Shown here in pieces: positions 36,730 to 46,064 of a DNA stretch of 48,617 bases (its first letter is position 1; each line of letters starts with the position of its first letter). Source of the stretch: a virus (lineage: Duplodnaviria > Caudoviricetes); IMG/VR virus record IMGVR_UViG_3300031820_000007, positions 1-48,617 of that record, one strand, 5' to 3'. Under the pieces are notes generated by a model. The model did not search any database, was not told where the DNA came from, and saw only the letters and a program-made list of their open reading frames with translations. Position numbers and translations under genes: made by a program.

Positions 36730-36893
36730 CTTCCTCTCACCAACGTCGTCACAGCAGTCGGCGTCGTCGCGTACTCGGCAAACGTTATCCCTTGATACGC
36801 GTCGATCTCGATACTTACGTCTTCCTCATAACCCCAAAAAATCATTCCCGATGCATCTTTCCTCCTCTTCCACGTCCTCACTATAACCTTCAT
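36654..36893 (-). CDS. Hypothetical protein
   Basis: AGGAGG RBS and ATGA overlap. Confidence 0.5.
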   Translation of the reverse strand: MKVIVRTWKRRKDASGMIFWGYEEDVSIEIDAYQGITFAEYATTPTAVTTLVRGRCQKMFLSAKENAIVVYVEPPKEVE

Positions 36894-37117
36894 ACCTTTC
36901 CCTCCTTTCTTGCCCGCCGCAGTAACTCCAACGCCTCCTTCACGTCCGCCTGCCGCTGCCGATTGTACTCCCTGCGAGCCTCGCGCACCTCTGGCCGTCT
37001 ACCATACGCTTTCCGATACACAAGTTGGGCGATTGCGCGCGCTATCTCCTCCCGCGTCAACTCGCCTGCGCCGGGAACGTTGCTTGTCGTGGTGATCGTC
37101 TTCGTGTCGTCGCTCAT
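36890..37117 (-). CDS. Small basic helical protein (RKAY family)
   Basis: GAGGAGG RBS; QLVYRKAY...ARREYNRQRQADVKEAL. Confidence 0.7.
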   Translation of the reverse strand: MSDDTKTITTTSNVPGAGELTREEIARAIAQLVYRKAYGRRPEVREARREYNRQRQADVKEALELLRRARKEGKV

Positions 37118-37320
37118 GTTAGTCCTCCTCTCGCTGCACTGCACCGTTCAACGATTCGATGAGTTGTGTAAAGATAATCTCATCATCCTTACTCGGTGAG
37201 TAACCTTCCTCAGGACTTAGTACGGAAGTCATGAGGAAATCGTACTCCTTCTCTGATAGTACAACGTTATAGATCTTCATTAGGTTTTCTCCTTTTTGAG
37301 TGGACTTCTACTTCGATAGA

Positions 37321-37349
37321 AGTTTACTACAACTAAATCTCAAAATCAA
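37321..37349 (-). promoter_or_regulatory. Sigma70-like early promoter TTGATT-N17-TAAACT
   Basis: -35 at 37344-37349 and -10 at 37321-37326, upstream of an AAAAGGAG RBS near 37290. Confidence 0.55.
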
Positions 37350-37569
37350 CAAGAAAGGTTTACGTGTACGTTCTTGTCACCGTCGTAATGGGGTATCACC
37401 TCCTTCTGTACGATCTCTCTCACCACCACCAAGATGTTACTCTTTAAGCAGTCCTCCGGCTCGACGTCGTTCGATAGGACGTGCGTAACGCCCTACAGTG
37501 TGCGTGCGTAGTGCACAAGTGGGAGGACGAGGCCCGAGAACACTCGTCCGCCCTATCTACACTACATCC

Positions 37570-37869
37570 TTACAGCTCTACGCGCTTGCCGAGTCCCAGC
37601 TTGACCGCGAGGTCAGGGTCAGTCTGGGCTCGCTTGCGAAGTGCCATTGCTTCCTTCACCTCTTCCTGACGGCGCTTGGAGTAGGCTTTCCTTGCAGCCT
37701 TAGCTTCAGAGCCGTAGCGGTACTCGAGCTGATACAACCCTTGATCGAATATCCGCTCGCAGGCTTCCACGAATGTCGTGCCGTCTCTCATCGACGAGAG
37801 TAAGCTCTTCACTCGTTCTTCCTGCTCAGGCGTTAGGTTGAACGTCGACTGCTTATTAAGATTTGACAT
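37570..37869 (-). CDS. Small basic helical protein (RKAY family) with a possible RHH-like N-terminus
   Basis: AGGAGG RBS; QLEYRY...ARKAYSKRRQEEVKEAM. Confidence 0.7.
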   Translation of the reverse strand: MSNLNKQSTFNLTPEQEERVKSLLSSMRDGTTFVEACERIFDQGLYQLEYRYGSEAKAARKAYSKRRQEEVKEAMALRKRAQTDPDLAVKLGLGKRVEL

Positions 37870-38181
37870 GTCTACTTCCTCCTAGTTAGTAGACGATGTC
37901 TCGGGCTACGTCTGTTGACGTCTGCTGACGATCGTGCTGACAGCTCGGCGTCCTCTCCCGACCGGGTCCCCCCCACAAACGTGGGGCTCAGCTCGGGTAT
38001 AATTAGGACTCCACTATTACGTATAGGGGTCAAATCAGGGTCCTAAGCAAGGCACCGAGGAGATCATCCTTCCCACCCCCCGGGGGCCCCTTGGGGAGGG
38101 CTTTAGGCCGCCCTTTAGGCTATAATTGACACGTGATTGGAAGACTGGCGGGCTTGGAGAAGCAGGAAGGAGGTAGCGGGG

Positions 38182-38415
38182 ATGGCGACCGAGCCGAATG
38201 GACGCGAGAGGCATTATGGATTACCGGTGGAGATCCATCCGGGGTGCGATCTAGAGAACGAAAGCATGAAGCACGTCCAGAGCGCGGACGGGTGCTGGCA
38301 CGCTGTGCATGTGCCGGCGATCGATACGTACACGGAGCCCGTACTGCCGGGTGCGTTACCCGTACCGGATCACGATGACGGGTTTGTACCGATCGGGGTG
38401 GCAGCGGGGAAGGGC
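38182..38415 (+). pseudogene. 5' part of a small gene interrupted by the IS1-derived element; its 3' end is 39197-39220
   Basis: AGGAGG RBS. Removing the element and one TSD copy restores an 85-aa ORF ending GKGSTGRSNP* whose TAA overlaps the TerS ATG (TAATG). Confidence 0.75.
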
Positions 38416-38442
38416 GGTAGTGTCCTAATTTGGATTCTGCTT

Positions 38443-38865
38443 CTACTTCATATCGTTGTGAGTCCCGCAAAAGCCCAAATCAAGCTTGTCGGGATCGGTC
38501 ATGAAAAGACAGAAATCGGTCATTTTTGTGGCCTGAGTGTTGGCAGCCTCAACCATGTGGGACGTGTTATCAGATTGAGTTTTGGCGGCTTCAGCGAGCG
38601 CATGAGTGTCAGCGGAACCGGATTTCATTTCGTGCCACTGCAGACCTATAAAAATACAGGTAAGCAGGTTGATGCCAACGATTATCCTTGTCCACCTAAG
38701 AGTAGATCGTTCATAACCGCCCAGTTCTTGTTTTACGTCTTGGAATTCGCTGGTGGTCTGTGGTTGGCTTGTTTTTGGGGGGTCAGTAGGCTTGGGAGCT
38801 TGGACTTCTGGACTACCATTCGCGGGTGGGTCGGGCTGATTGGTGGTTGTGTTCTCGTCGCTCAT
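38443..38865 (-). CDS. Passenger single-TM membrane protein, possibly truncated
   Basis: Pro-rich N-terminus, TM segment WTRIIVGINLLTCIFIGLQW, then a helical region; lies inside the TIRs. Confidence 0.6.
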   Translation of the reverse strand: MSDENTTTNQPDPPANGSPEVQAPKPTDPPKTSQPQTTSEFQDVKQELGGYERSTLRWTRIIVGINLLTCIFIGLQWHEMKSGSADTHALAEAAKTQSDNTSHMVEAANTQATKMTDFCLFMTDPDKLDLGFCGTHNDMK

Positions 38866-38892
38866 AGTGGAGTAAGTGTAACACAAAAACTA

Positions 38893-38921
38893 TTGACACG
38901 GCCATATTTGTGTAATACGCT
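38893..38921 (+). promoter_or_regulatory. Sigma70-like promoter TTGACA-N17-TACGCT inside the element
   Basis: Perfect -35 at 38893-38898; points toward ATG 38944 and on toward terS. Confidence 0.6.
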
Positions 38922-38943
38922 TATTCCTGTTGAGGGGGCGAAT

Positions 38944-39165
38944 ATGCTAAGCATCGATAAGCAAGTCCAAATCGTAGGTGCACTGGCCGAGGGTTCGGGC
39001 ATACGGCAAATCGAGCCATACGGCAAATCGAGCGCAAAGGGTCGCATCGTTCCCGTGCGTTTCAATCCCGAAACAATCAAGGCCGTCGAAGCGGCGGCTA
39101 AAGCGAAAAATCAAAGCGTCTCGGAATGGATTCGGAGCACGTTGAATGCCGCGCTGCAAAGCTGA
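38944..39165 (+). CDS. Chimera of an IS1-like transposase N-terminal stub and a ribbon-helix-helix domain
   Basis: LSIDKQVQIVGALAEGSGIRQIE joined through a 17-bp tandem duplication (39000-39033) to VPVRFNPETIKAVEAAAKAKNQSVSEWIRSTL. Confidence 0.65.
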   Translation: MLSIDKQVQIVGALAEGSGIRQIEPYGKSSAKGRIVPVRFNPETIKAVEAAAKAKNQSVSEWIRSTLNAALQS

Positions 39166-39219
39166 AAAACTCAAATTAGGACACTACCGGAAGGGCTCGA
39201 CGGGGCGGAGTAATCCTTA

Positions 39220-39708
39220 ATGCATCAAGCCGCGCAGTTAGTCCGAAAAGATGAACTTATGCGGCTGCTGCTTTCGGGCCACATGTTGAAGGAGTGTGCG
39301 TCGTATCTGAAGCTATCGTACGGCACGGTGAGGGAGTACGCCAGGCAGCCCGAGTTCCTTGCAGCGTTGAAGTCGTTGAGCTTGCAGATTTATGAGAACG
39401 TCGACCGCGAGCTGTCGAATTCGAAGGATGCGATAACGGCGAAGTTGGAGGCGTACAGCGAGGACGCACTAGAGGAGATGATCCAGCTGGCGAAGTCGTG
39501 TAGCTCGCCGATCGTCAGGTTGAAAGCGGCGCAGGACATTATGGATAGGGATACGCGGATGTCGCGGTCGCGCAAGCTGGAGTCCAACGTGCATCAGACG
39601 TTTATGAACCCGTTAGAACTCCACCACCTCGCTTCCGTCGCGCGGGAGATAGATAAGAAGAAGGAGCTGCCGCCCGCCCCGGCTACGGAGGCCCCGCCAA
39701 GTGAGTGA
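39220..39708 (+). CDS. terS: Terminase small subunit
   Basis: N-terminal HTH and VRLKAAQDIMDR; directly upstream of TerL. Confidence 0.75.
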   Translation: MHQAAQLVRKDELMRLLLSGHMLKECASYLKLSYGTVREYARQPEFLAALKSLSLQIYENVDRELSNSKDAITAKLEAYSEDALEEMIQLAKSCSSPIVRLKAAQDIMDRDTRMSRSRKLESNVHQTFMNPLELHHLASVAREIDKKKELPPAPATEAPPSE

Positions 39709-41263
39709 TACTGCGTCTGCTATCTTCGATATGGCTGAAAGTGGTCAAGCGGATCAGCTCCGTGATGAGCTGCGGTCCCGGTGTGACCAGAGCTTATACT
39801 ACTTTGCTAAGGCGGTCCTGAACTATAAGGACATGACCGATCACCTCCACTTCGATATGTGTACCGCTGCGCAGGGAGGACCGATCAAGCAAGGGTTTCT
39901 CGTACCCCGCGCGCATCTGAAGTCGACTATCCTAACGAAAGCGAAAGTCCTGTGGAAGGTGTGTAGGGATCCCGAGGAACGTCGCCTCATCGTAGGTGAA
40001 TCTGACACGGTAGCAGCGAAGAATCTGAAAGACATCAAATGGCATATCTTGAACAACCAGATACTTAAGTGGCTATACCCCGAGATCATCCCACCTGACT
40101 TCAACGCGACGAAGTGGACCGATACTGAAATCCTTCTCCCCCGGCGTGGTTCATACGACGAATCAACGATAACGACGTGTGGTGTCGGCGCTAAGATGAC
40201 TGGCTTCCACTTCACCGGTATCGACTACGATGACATCTTCGGCGAGATCGCAGCGCGGAGTGACGCGGAGAAGGAACGTGTAGTGGAGTGGGTACAGTAC
40301 GCTCCTGGCCTGCTCGTGGACCCTGAGACGTCCGAGGAGTCCTGGCAGGGGACCCGCTGGAAACACGGCCTCGGCGACATCTACGGCTGGATCATGGAGA
40401 ACATGCCGTACGTCGCGTGGTACCGACGCTCCGCGATAGAGAACGGCGTTCCGATCTGGCCTGAACGTTTCAGCCTTGCGCGGTTGGAAGAAATCCGCCT
40501 GCGAGAGGGGGATTATAAATTTGCTTGCCAATATCTTAACGACCCAACCCCACCCGAAGGCTCCGACTTCGCACCAAGTTGGATTCGTTATTATAGTGTG
40601 GCCGATGATCGAGTTACTATTGTGCCAGAAGACGGGACTCCCTCCGTTCATGTATCGCAGCTCTATCGGAACTGCTTCCTCGATCCCAGTTCTGGTGGCC
40701 GCAGCGCGGGCTGTGAGAATGCCATTATTGGCCTGGGACAAGCGGCAGATAGAAGGAAATTCGTCCTAACGGAGTGGGGATCGAACTGTGATTATGGAGC
40801 GGCGATTGAGAAGTTGCATCTATTGCATGATCAGTTTATCTTTCACGATGTGTACTTCGAAGCCGTCGGTGCGCAGAAGGAGATCGGTAATCAGATACGC
40901 GCTAGACGCGTACGTATCGGATGTGACGCCTGTGGTAAGCAGCACAGGGTGATTACACCACGGGAGTGGATCCCACCCGGTGGTCGCAATAAGGAAGACC
41001 GTATCCGGATGTTCCTACAGGAGGAGTTCAGCAGCGGGCGGATGTACCTGCGTAGGTCGCAAGAGCAGTTGAGGAATCAGATCTTAATGTTCCCCCACGC
41101 AACGATGGTGGATCGGCTGGATGCACTCGCTTCCTGTGTTAAGACCTCACGCGTGCCGCTTACGGACGAATACATCAAGGATGAGAAGGAAAAGATGGCG
41201 CGGATGGAAGCTAAACGCGTATCGCGCACGCACACTCAGTTTGATTACGGTGGGTACGTCTAA
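39701..41263 (+). CDS. terL: Terminase large subunit
   Basis: PRAHLKST, TGFHF...DD, GTRW, FACQYLNDP, FLDPS and DRLDALA motifs. Confidence 0.92.
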   Translation: MSDTASAIFDMAESGQADQLRDELRSRCDQSLYYFAKAVLNYKDMTDHLHFDMCTAAQGGPIKQGFLVPRAHLKSTILTKAKVLWKVCRDPEERRLIVGESDTVAAKNLKDIKWHILNNQILKWLYPEIIPPDFNATKWTDTEILLPRRGSYDESTITTCGVGAKMTGFHFTGIDYDDIFGEIAARSDAEKERVVEWVQYAPGLLVDPETSEESWQGTRWKHGLGDIYGWIMENMPYVAWYRRSAIENGVPIWPERFSLARLEEIRLREGDYKFACQYLNDPTPPEGSDFAPSWIRYYSVADDRVTIVPEDGTPSVHVSQLYRNCFLDPSSGGRSAGCENAIIGLGQAADRRKFVLTEWGSNCDYGAAIEKLHLLHDQFIFHDVYFEAVGAQKEIGNQIRARRVRIGCDACGKQHRVITPREWIPPGGRNKEDRIRMFLQEEFSSGRMYLRRSQEQLRNQILMFPHATMVDRLDALASCVKTSRVPLTDEYIKDEKEKMARMEAKRVSRTHTQFDYGGYV

Positions 41264-41294
41264 TGCTTCCAGCATCGAAAAAACGTAGGTACCT

Positions 41295-43199
41295 ATGATA
41301 CCCCTCATCAACGTACCGCTAACCGACGACAAGAAGAAGACTGTGGTGGGGTACTTGTGTAAGTACTTCAAGGCTAGTGTGGATGCGCGGACGACACAGG
41401 TGGAGTCGGATTACAAGAGGTGGATTGATAACTACGCCGGGAAACCACGCCAGGAAGTAAGGACGAGTCCGTTTCTGCGTGCGTCGAACTTCGTACCTCA
41501 ACTCATCCGTATGCACTGCGACATCATGGTTGCGCGCCTGTACGGCCTCATCATGGCGTGTAAGCCGTTTTGGAATTCGAAGACGATGATACCTAACGTT
41601 GATCATCATGACACAGAGGCGCTGACAGAGTTCATGCAGTTTGTGTCGTGGTATCGGGTGCACCTACCTCAAGTGTTGGATGACGTCCTAAGGCGGTCGG
41701 TAAAGACAGGTACAGTCTTCATCAAAGGTCCATGGGTGCAGGATCAGTTCTGGTTCCCGACCGGAATGGAGGACTCGGGAGGCGTCACCGGAGAGTCGAT
41801 CGCAACCGAAAACCTAGAGCTAAACGCGCTACCGTTTGAAGACGTGTGGGCTTGGCCAATCACGGCGAATAATCAACAGCAGGTGCGGATTATCTTTCAC
41901 CGTATCAGGCTCACCGAAGAGGAAGTCCGGGAGCGTATCGCGGATAAGCGGTGGGAAGAGGAAGCAGCGAAGATGCTGTTAGGTGGGACAGGAGAGGGCG
42001 CGCAGAAGAACGCTGCGTTGAATGAGAAGGCTGCGGAGGCCGGGATCAACCTCTCCAAGGACGTAGAGCGCCCGTTCAGCGCGATAGAGGCCCACCTGCG
42101 GTACGACCTCGGCGACGGCAAATCGTGCAAGTACATCTTCACGTTTAACCCTGCCGTAGACAACGTTAAGGGATATCTACGTGGGTACTTCTCACCTTAC
42201 CGTCGCCTTGAGAATTGCTTTGTTACTTTCAACATGCTGCCGAGGGAGGACCTTATCCATGGATACTGTTTTCCAGACATTCTTGAGCAATTTCAGGAAG
42301 AACAAGCGCAGATACATAACGGGCGTAGGGATTCGTCTCTTATCGCTAACGTTCCCGGCTGGAAGAAGAAACGTGACCCTACCGTGCCTAATCCTTCGTC
42401 CGAATGGTATCCGGGAAAGGTTTTCGAACTGGCTGACATGGACGATCTGCAGCCTCTGTCGTTTAACGGTCAGTACAACCCGATGATTGATGAAGAAGGG
42501 TTCCTGCTGCAGTTAGCAGAGCGCACGACGGGTATCACTACACCGATGCAAGGGGCGGGCATGGGTTCCCTCGCAGGCAAGCGTGGTATCTACGCGAACT
42601 CGGGTACCCTTGCACTCCTCGCCGAAGGCAACCGACGCCTGGACATCTACCTCAAACGTCTTCGTATGCCGATGCATCATATAGGAAATCTCATTTATGA
42701 GTCTTATCGAACTTTCCGGGCGGACGGGGCTGAGTTCAAATCATGGGGGACAAATGGCGAAGCTATCAAACGCATATGGCAGTTCTCCGAGCCAGCAGAC
42801 ATGCCCGGTTTCTTCTTCGAGATGGCAGCGTCTGAGGCATCGGCTAACAAAGAGACTGATCGAACGGCTCTCCTACTTATGGCCAATACAATGGCAGCCT
42901 ACTACCGACAGGTCACAGAGGCTGCTACTATGGCGGGGCAGATACCTGAAGGACACCCTATCCGACAGACTCTACTCCTCGTCCTCGATGGTGCTAAGGA
43001 CCTTGCCGAACGACTCCTCTTCGCGTTCGATATCGGAGACCGCAAACGACTCGTGCCCGACGTGCGCGAAGTACTTGGAGGCGGCACAGGGTCAGGGGCT
43101 GACCAAGCCGTCGCTCGCGGAATGCCTGGAGTTGAGGAACCTCTATCAATCGACAGGTTACAAGCTTTACGATCAGCAACTGCAGCGGTCCCGCGTTAA
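41295..43199 (+). CDS. Portal protein
   Basis: 634 aa after TerL; IHGY...LEQFQEE...IHNGRRD, WYPGKV and ERTTGIT segments typical of P22-like portals. Confidence 0.85.
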   Translation: MIPLINVPLTDDKKKTVVGYLCKYFKASVDARTTQVESDYKRWIDNYAGKPRQEVRTSPFLRASNFVPQLIRMHCDIMVARLYGLIMACKPFWNSKTMIPNVDHHDTEALTEFMQFVSWYRVHLPQVLDDVLRRSVKTGTVFIKGPWVQDQFWFPTGMEDSGGVTGESIATENLELNALPFEDVWAWPITANNQQQVRIIFHRIRLTEEEVRERIADKRWEEEAAKMLLGGTGEGAQKNAALNEKAAEAGINLSKDVERPFSAIEAHLRYDLGDGKSCKYIFTFNPAVDNVKGYLRGYFSPYRRLENCFVTFNMLPREDLIHGYCFPDILEQFQEEQAQIHNGRRDSSLIANVPGWKKKRDPTVPNPSSEWYPGKVFELADMDDLQPLSFNGQYNPMIDEEGFLLQLAERTTGITTPMQGAGMGSLAGKRGIYANSGTLALLAEGNRRLDIYLKRLRMPMHHIGNLIYESYRTFRADGAEFKSWGTNGEAIKRIWQFSEPADMPGFFFEMAASEASANKETDRTALLLMANTMAAYYRQVTEAATMAGQIPEGHPIRQTLLLVLDGAKDLAERLLFAFDIGDRKRLVPDVREVLGGGTGSGADQAVARGMPGVEEPLSIDRLQALRSATAAVPR

Positions 43200-43371
43200 G
43201 GTGCTATCGCAGGTGGAGAGGGCGGAGGGGAACGAGTTGTACCGTATACAAGGGGATCTGCGTAGGTTGCGTATCCTCGACGTCATGCCCGAAGAGATCG
43301 AGTACCTAATTAGCGAGTACGAGGAAGAAGAGAGGAAGGAGAAGAAAGATGCCCGACGAACCACTGTTTGA
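43075..43371 (+). CDS. Small post-portal protein (start uncertain)
   Basis: 3' part of ORF 42697-43371: LYQSTGYKLY...ELYRIQG. Confidence 0.55.
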   Translation: MEAAQGQGLTKPSLAECLELRNLYQSTGYKLYDQQLQRSRVKVLSQVERAEGNELYRIQGDLRRLRILDVMPEEIEYLISEYEEEERKEKKDARRTTV

Positions 43372-44068
43372 TGGAAGGGAGCAGCCAGGAGGAGGGGACG
43401 GCCTGCCGCCCGAGCTGAAGGGAAAGTCGCCGAAGGAGATCGTTGACTTCTTCAAAGCCCGCGAGGCGACGCTCGTGAATGAGGCTAACACACGGATCGC
43501 TGCTGCCGCCGCCCAACCGCCCAAAACGCCGGTCGTGGAGAAGCCGAAAGCGCCTGACAGCAGGGATTTCTGGACTGATCCATCGAAAGCGGTGAAGGAT
43601 CAGATAGCGGCGTCCACCGTTTCACGTGAGGAGTTCGAGCGCGCCAGCGCGAGCGTGCAGTCGAATATGATAGAGATGTCCGAGTTCCTCGTCGCGCAAA
43701 AGTTCCCCGACTGGAAGCTTTTCAAACCAATGATCGACGAAATCATGTTGAAGTGCGACCCATGGGCGAAAACGGATAAAACAATGTGGGAGTCAGCTTA
43801 CTACTACGCGAGAGGGAGGAACCCTGACTTGATCCCCAAGGTTACAGCACCCCCAACGGTTATCGTACCTGGGGCAGAGCGTGGGGCTGCGGGTCCGCTG
43901 AAGGCGCCTGCACCCGAACCAACGCTTAGCACGGACGAACAATGGGTTGCGGATCGTTTAGGCATCTCACCCGCTGACTATACCGATGCCAAGACAAAGA
44001 TGTCACAGATCGGCTCCCTTCCGTTCACATACGACAACCGCGCGATAGCGCCAGCAGGGAGGAAGTAG
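43349..44068 (+). CDS. Capsid scaffolding protein
   Basis: LPPELKGKS, DFWTDPSK and C-terminal LSTDEQWVADRLGISPADY; position between portal and MCP. Confidence 0.75.
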   Translation: MPDEPLFDGREQPGGGDGLPPELKGKSPKEIVDFFKAREATLVNEANTRIAAAAAQPPKTPVVEKPKAPDSRDFWTDPSKAVKDQIAASTVSREEFERASASVQSNMIEMSEFLVAQKFPDWKLFKPMIDEIMLKCDPWAKTDKTMWESAYYYARGRNPDLIPKVTAPPTVIVPGAERGAAGPLKAPAPEPTLSTDEQWVADRLGISPADYTDAKTKMSQIGSLPFTYDNRAIAPAGRK

Positions 44069-44070
44069 CT

Positions 44071-44529
44071 ATGGCGAATCCGATCGCAGCGCCAAGTCCC
44101 GCTGTGCAAACGACCTCCGCACCTAAAACGCCAGCGCTCACGCAAGAACAGCGCAAGGCGCGTTACGCAGAACTCCGCGCAAAAATGGGGCGATCCCTCC
44201 TCTACGTCAAGCCGCCAGCAGGCAAGACGGGTTACTTCGCACGTAAAGACGACACAAACGAACTCTATCGTCTCCAAGCAATAGGCTTCTCGATCGTACA
44301 CGACGATCCGCAGGCGCCGGTGTGGGAGGCAGGGGGCAGGCAGTTAGACGGCACGTACATCGTTGGGGATGTAATCCTTCTCGAGATCGACACCGAACTC
44401 TACGAGATGCATCTCCAGGACAACTCCGATAAGTCGGACGCGATGATCGACGGTGGGAAGACCGGGTTCCTGGAACGAGCGAAGGAGCAAGGTATCCCCG
44501 CATTCGAAACGACTAAAACGAAAGGATAA
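44071..44529 (+). CDS. Conserved head-module protein
   Basis: GGAGG RBS; VGDVILLEI motif. Confidence 0.6.
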   Translation: MANPIAAPSPAVQTTSAPKTPALTQEQRKARYAELRAKMGRSLLYVKPPAGKTGYFARKDDTNELYRLQAIGFSIVHDDPQAPVWEAGGRQLDGTYIVGDVILLEIDTELYEMHLQDNSDKSDAMIDGGKTGFLERAKEQGIPAFETTKTKG

Positions 44530-44532
44530 GAC

Positions 44533-45153
44533 ATGCCAGCGAGTACAAGCATCGCAACACCGATCACTCCGCGGCAAGTCCTTCAGGCGGGGACCGCTGT
44601 AGCAAATATGAAGGCGATCGCGGAGAAGTCGGGCCAGACATACGTACAAAACACACCGGTGCAGGTTGACGTAGCAGGCGCGACGGGTTTCATCATCGCG
44701 TGTCCTGCTATGACTTCAGTCGCCACCGCCAAGATCGCCGGGTTTTCCACACAACCTGGGTCGAATCTAACAACGTCAGGTGTGGGGAAGACTCTCACCA
44801 CAGGTCAAGCGGTACCTAATCAGTCTAGCGCCGTCGTCATCCCTATCGGCGCACCTTGGGCTGGCGCGGACGGCCTAGCGTACTTCAACCTTGCCGATCC
44901 TAACGTCCAGTTCATCGGGACATTCGGCGACTCATCGGACAACACGCTTGCTGTACTAGCACAAGCACAGGTAGGGGGTCTCTTCGGGCTCTTCAAAGAC
45001 CCGGGTAACTCCTTCTGGTACGTTGACAATCACGTCATCACAACGGCTGCAGGTGCATGCGTTGAGATCACGGAGCTTGTGGACGCTATCGGTACGCTCA
45101 ACGGTAAGGTCCAGTTCCGCGTCACGGCCGCTGCCTCGCAGCTGCAGGCATAA
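44533..45153 (+). CDS. Capsid decoration/cement-like protein
   Basis: Beta-rich, A/G/T-rich, immediately before the MCP. Confidence 0.6.
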   Translation: MPASTSIATPITPRQVLQAGTAVANMKAIAEKSGQTYVQNTPVQVDVAGATGFIIACPAMTSVATAKIAGFSTQPGSNLTTSGVGKTLTTGQAVPNQSSAVVIPIGAPWAGADGLAYFNLADPNVQFIGTFGDSSDNTLAVLAQAQVGGLFGLFKDPGNSFWYVDNHVITTAAGACVEITELVDAIGTLNGKVQFRVTAAASQLQA

Positions 45154-45167
45154 GGAGATAACCGAAC

Positions 45168-46061
45168 ATGCCATCAACACGTGGAGTATTCAGCCAGTTA
45201 CTCGCCCCGGGGCTCTTCTCGGTCATCTTCCAGGACCTGCAAGCGCGGCCGGAATACTACTCACAATGGTTTAACATCTATCCGAGCGAGATGGCGTATG
45301 AGGAAGATCAACTCATCGCTGGTCTCGGTGCAGTGCCGCAGAAGCCGGAAGGCACGGCGACGAAGCTGGACGAACCTATCCAGGGCGGGTCGATTCGTTA
45401 CACACACGTATCCTACGGCCTCGAGTGGCAGGTCACCCGAGAGATGTGGGATGACGACAAGTACGGGATCATGAAACGTGTCGCGCAGGACTTCGCTTCG
45501 GGCATCAAGCAAACGGTGGAGTCTACGTATGCGAACGTGCTGATCAACTCCTTCACCACCACGACGACGATTAACGGGGTCAGCCTCTGCAACACCGCGC
45601 AGCCGCTCCTTGGGGGTGGGACGTATTCGAACCGCAGTGCGACGGACGTTGCGTTCAGCGTGGCGGGGCTACAGGAGCTGACCATTCTTTTCGAACGGAT
45701 GGTGAACGAGCGCGGCCTGCTGAAACTCAGCATACCCAAGTACGTGTGGGGTGCACCTGAGTTGCAGTGGGTAATGGGGGAGGTCCTCCACTCGGCCTAC
45801 GCTCCTTACAAAGGTACGAACGAGGTCAACGTGATGCAGGGGAGGTTCGAGCCGCAAGTCAACCCGTACCTCACCAGCAAAACGCAGTGGTGGATGACGT
45901 CGGAGAAACGTGACCAGTACCTTAAAGGCTACTGGCGCACTCAACCGATGTTCGAAAATCAAGACGACTTCCACACGAAGGGGGCTAGCTACTCCGTGTT
46001 CTTCCGGTTCAGCGCCGGGGCGACATACTGGCACGGACTCGCCGGCTCGAACGGAGCGTGA
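45168..46061 (+). CDS. Major capsid protein (HK97 fold, Mu gpT-like)
   Basis: LLAPGL, S.MAYEED, KPEG, VTREMWDDDKY, NGVSLCNTAQP, NPYLTS and YWHGLAGSNGA motifs; AAGGAG RBS. Confidence 0.88.
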   Translation: MPSTRGVFSQLLAPGLFSVIFQDLQARPEYYSQWFNIYPSEMAYEEDQLIAGLGAVPQKPEGTATKLDEPIQGGSIRYTHVSYGLEWQVTREMWDDDKYGIMKRVAQDFASGIKQTVESTYANVLINSFTTTTTINGVSLCNTAQPLLGGGTYSNRSATDVAFSVAGLQELTILFERMVNERGLLKLSIPKYVWGAPELQWVMGEVLHSAYAPYKGTNEVNVMQGRFEPQVNPYLTSKTQWWMTSEKRDQYLKGYWRTQPMFENQDDFHTKGASYSVFFRFSAGATYWHGLAGSNGA

Positions 46062-46064
46062 TCC

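Larger units (their letters stand above)
38416..39188. mobile_element. 773-bp non-autonomous IS1-family derivative with a passenger gene
   Basis: Perfect 17-bp TIRs GGTAGTGTCCTAATTTG (38416-38432 and 39172-39188); 8-bp TSD GGAAGGGC (38408-38415 and 39189-39196). Confidence 0.9.

Noticed and set aside
38137-39165. 342-aa ORF as a native gene
   Set aside because: It spans the TIR/TSD boundary and is a composite of the interrupted gene, antisense passenger sequence and the RHH fusion.
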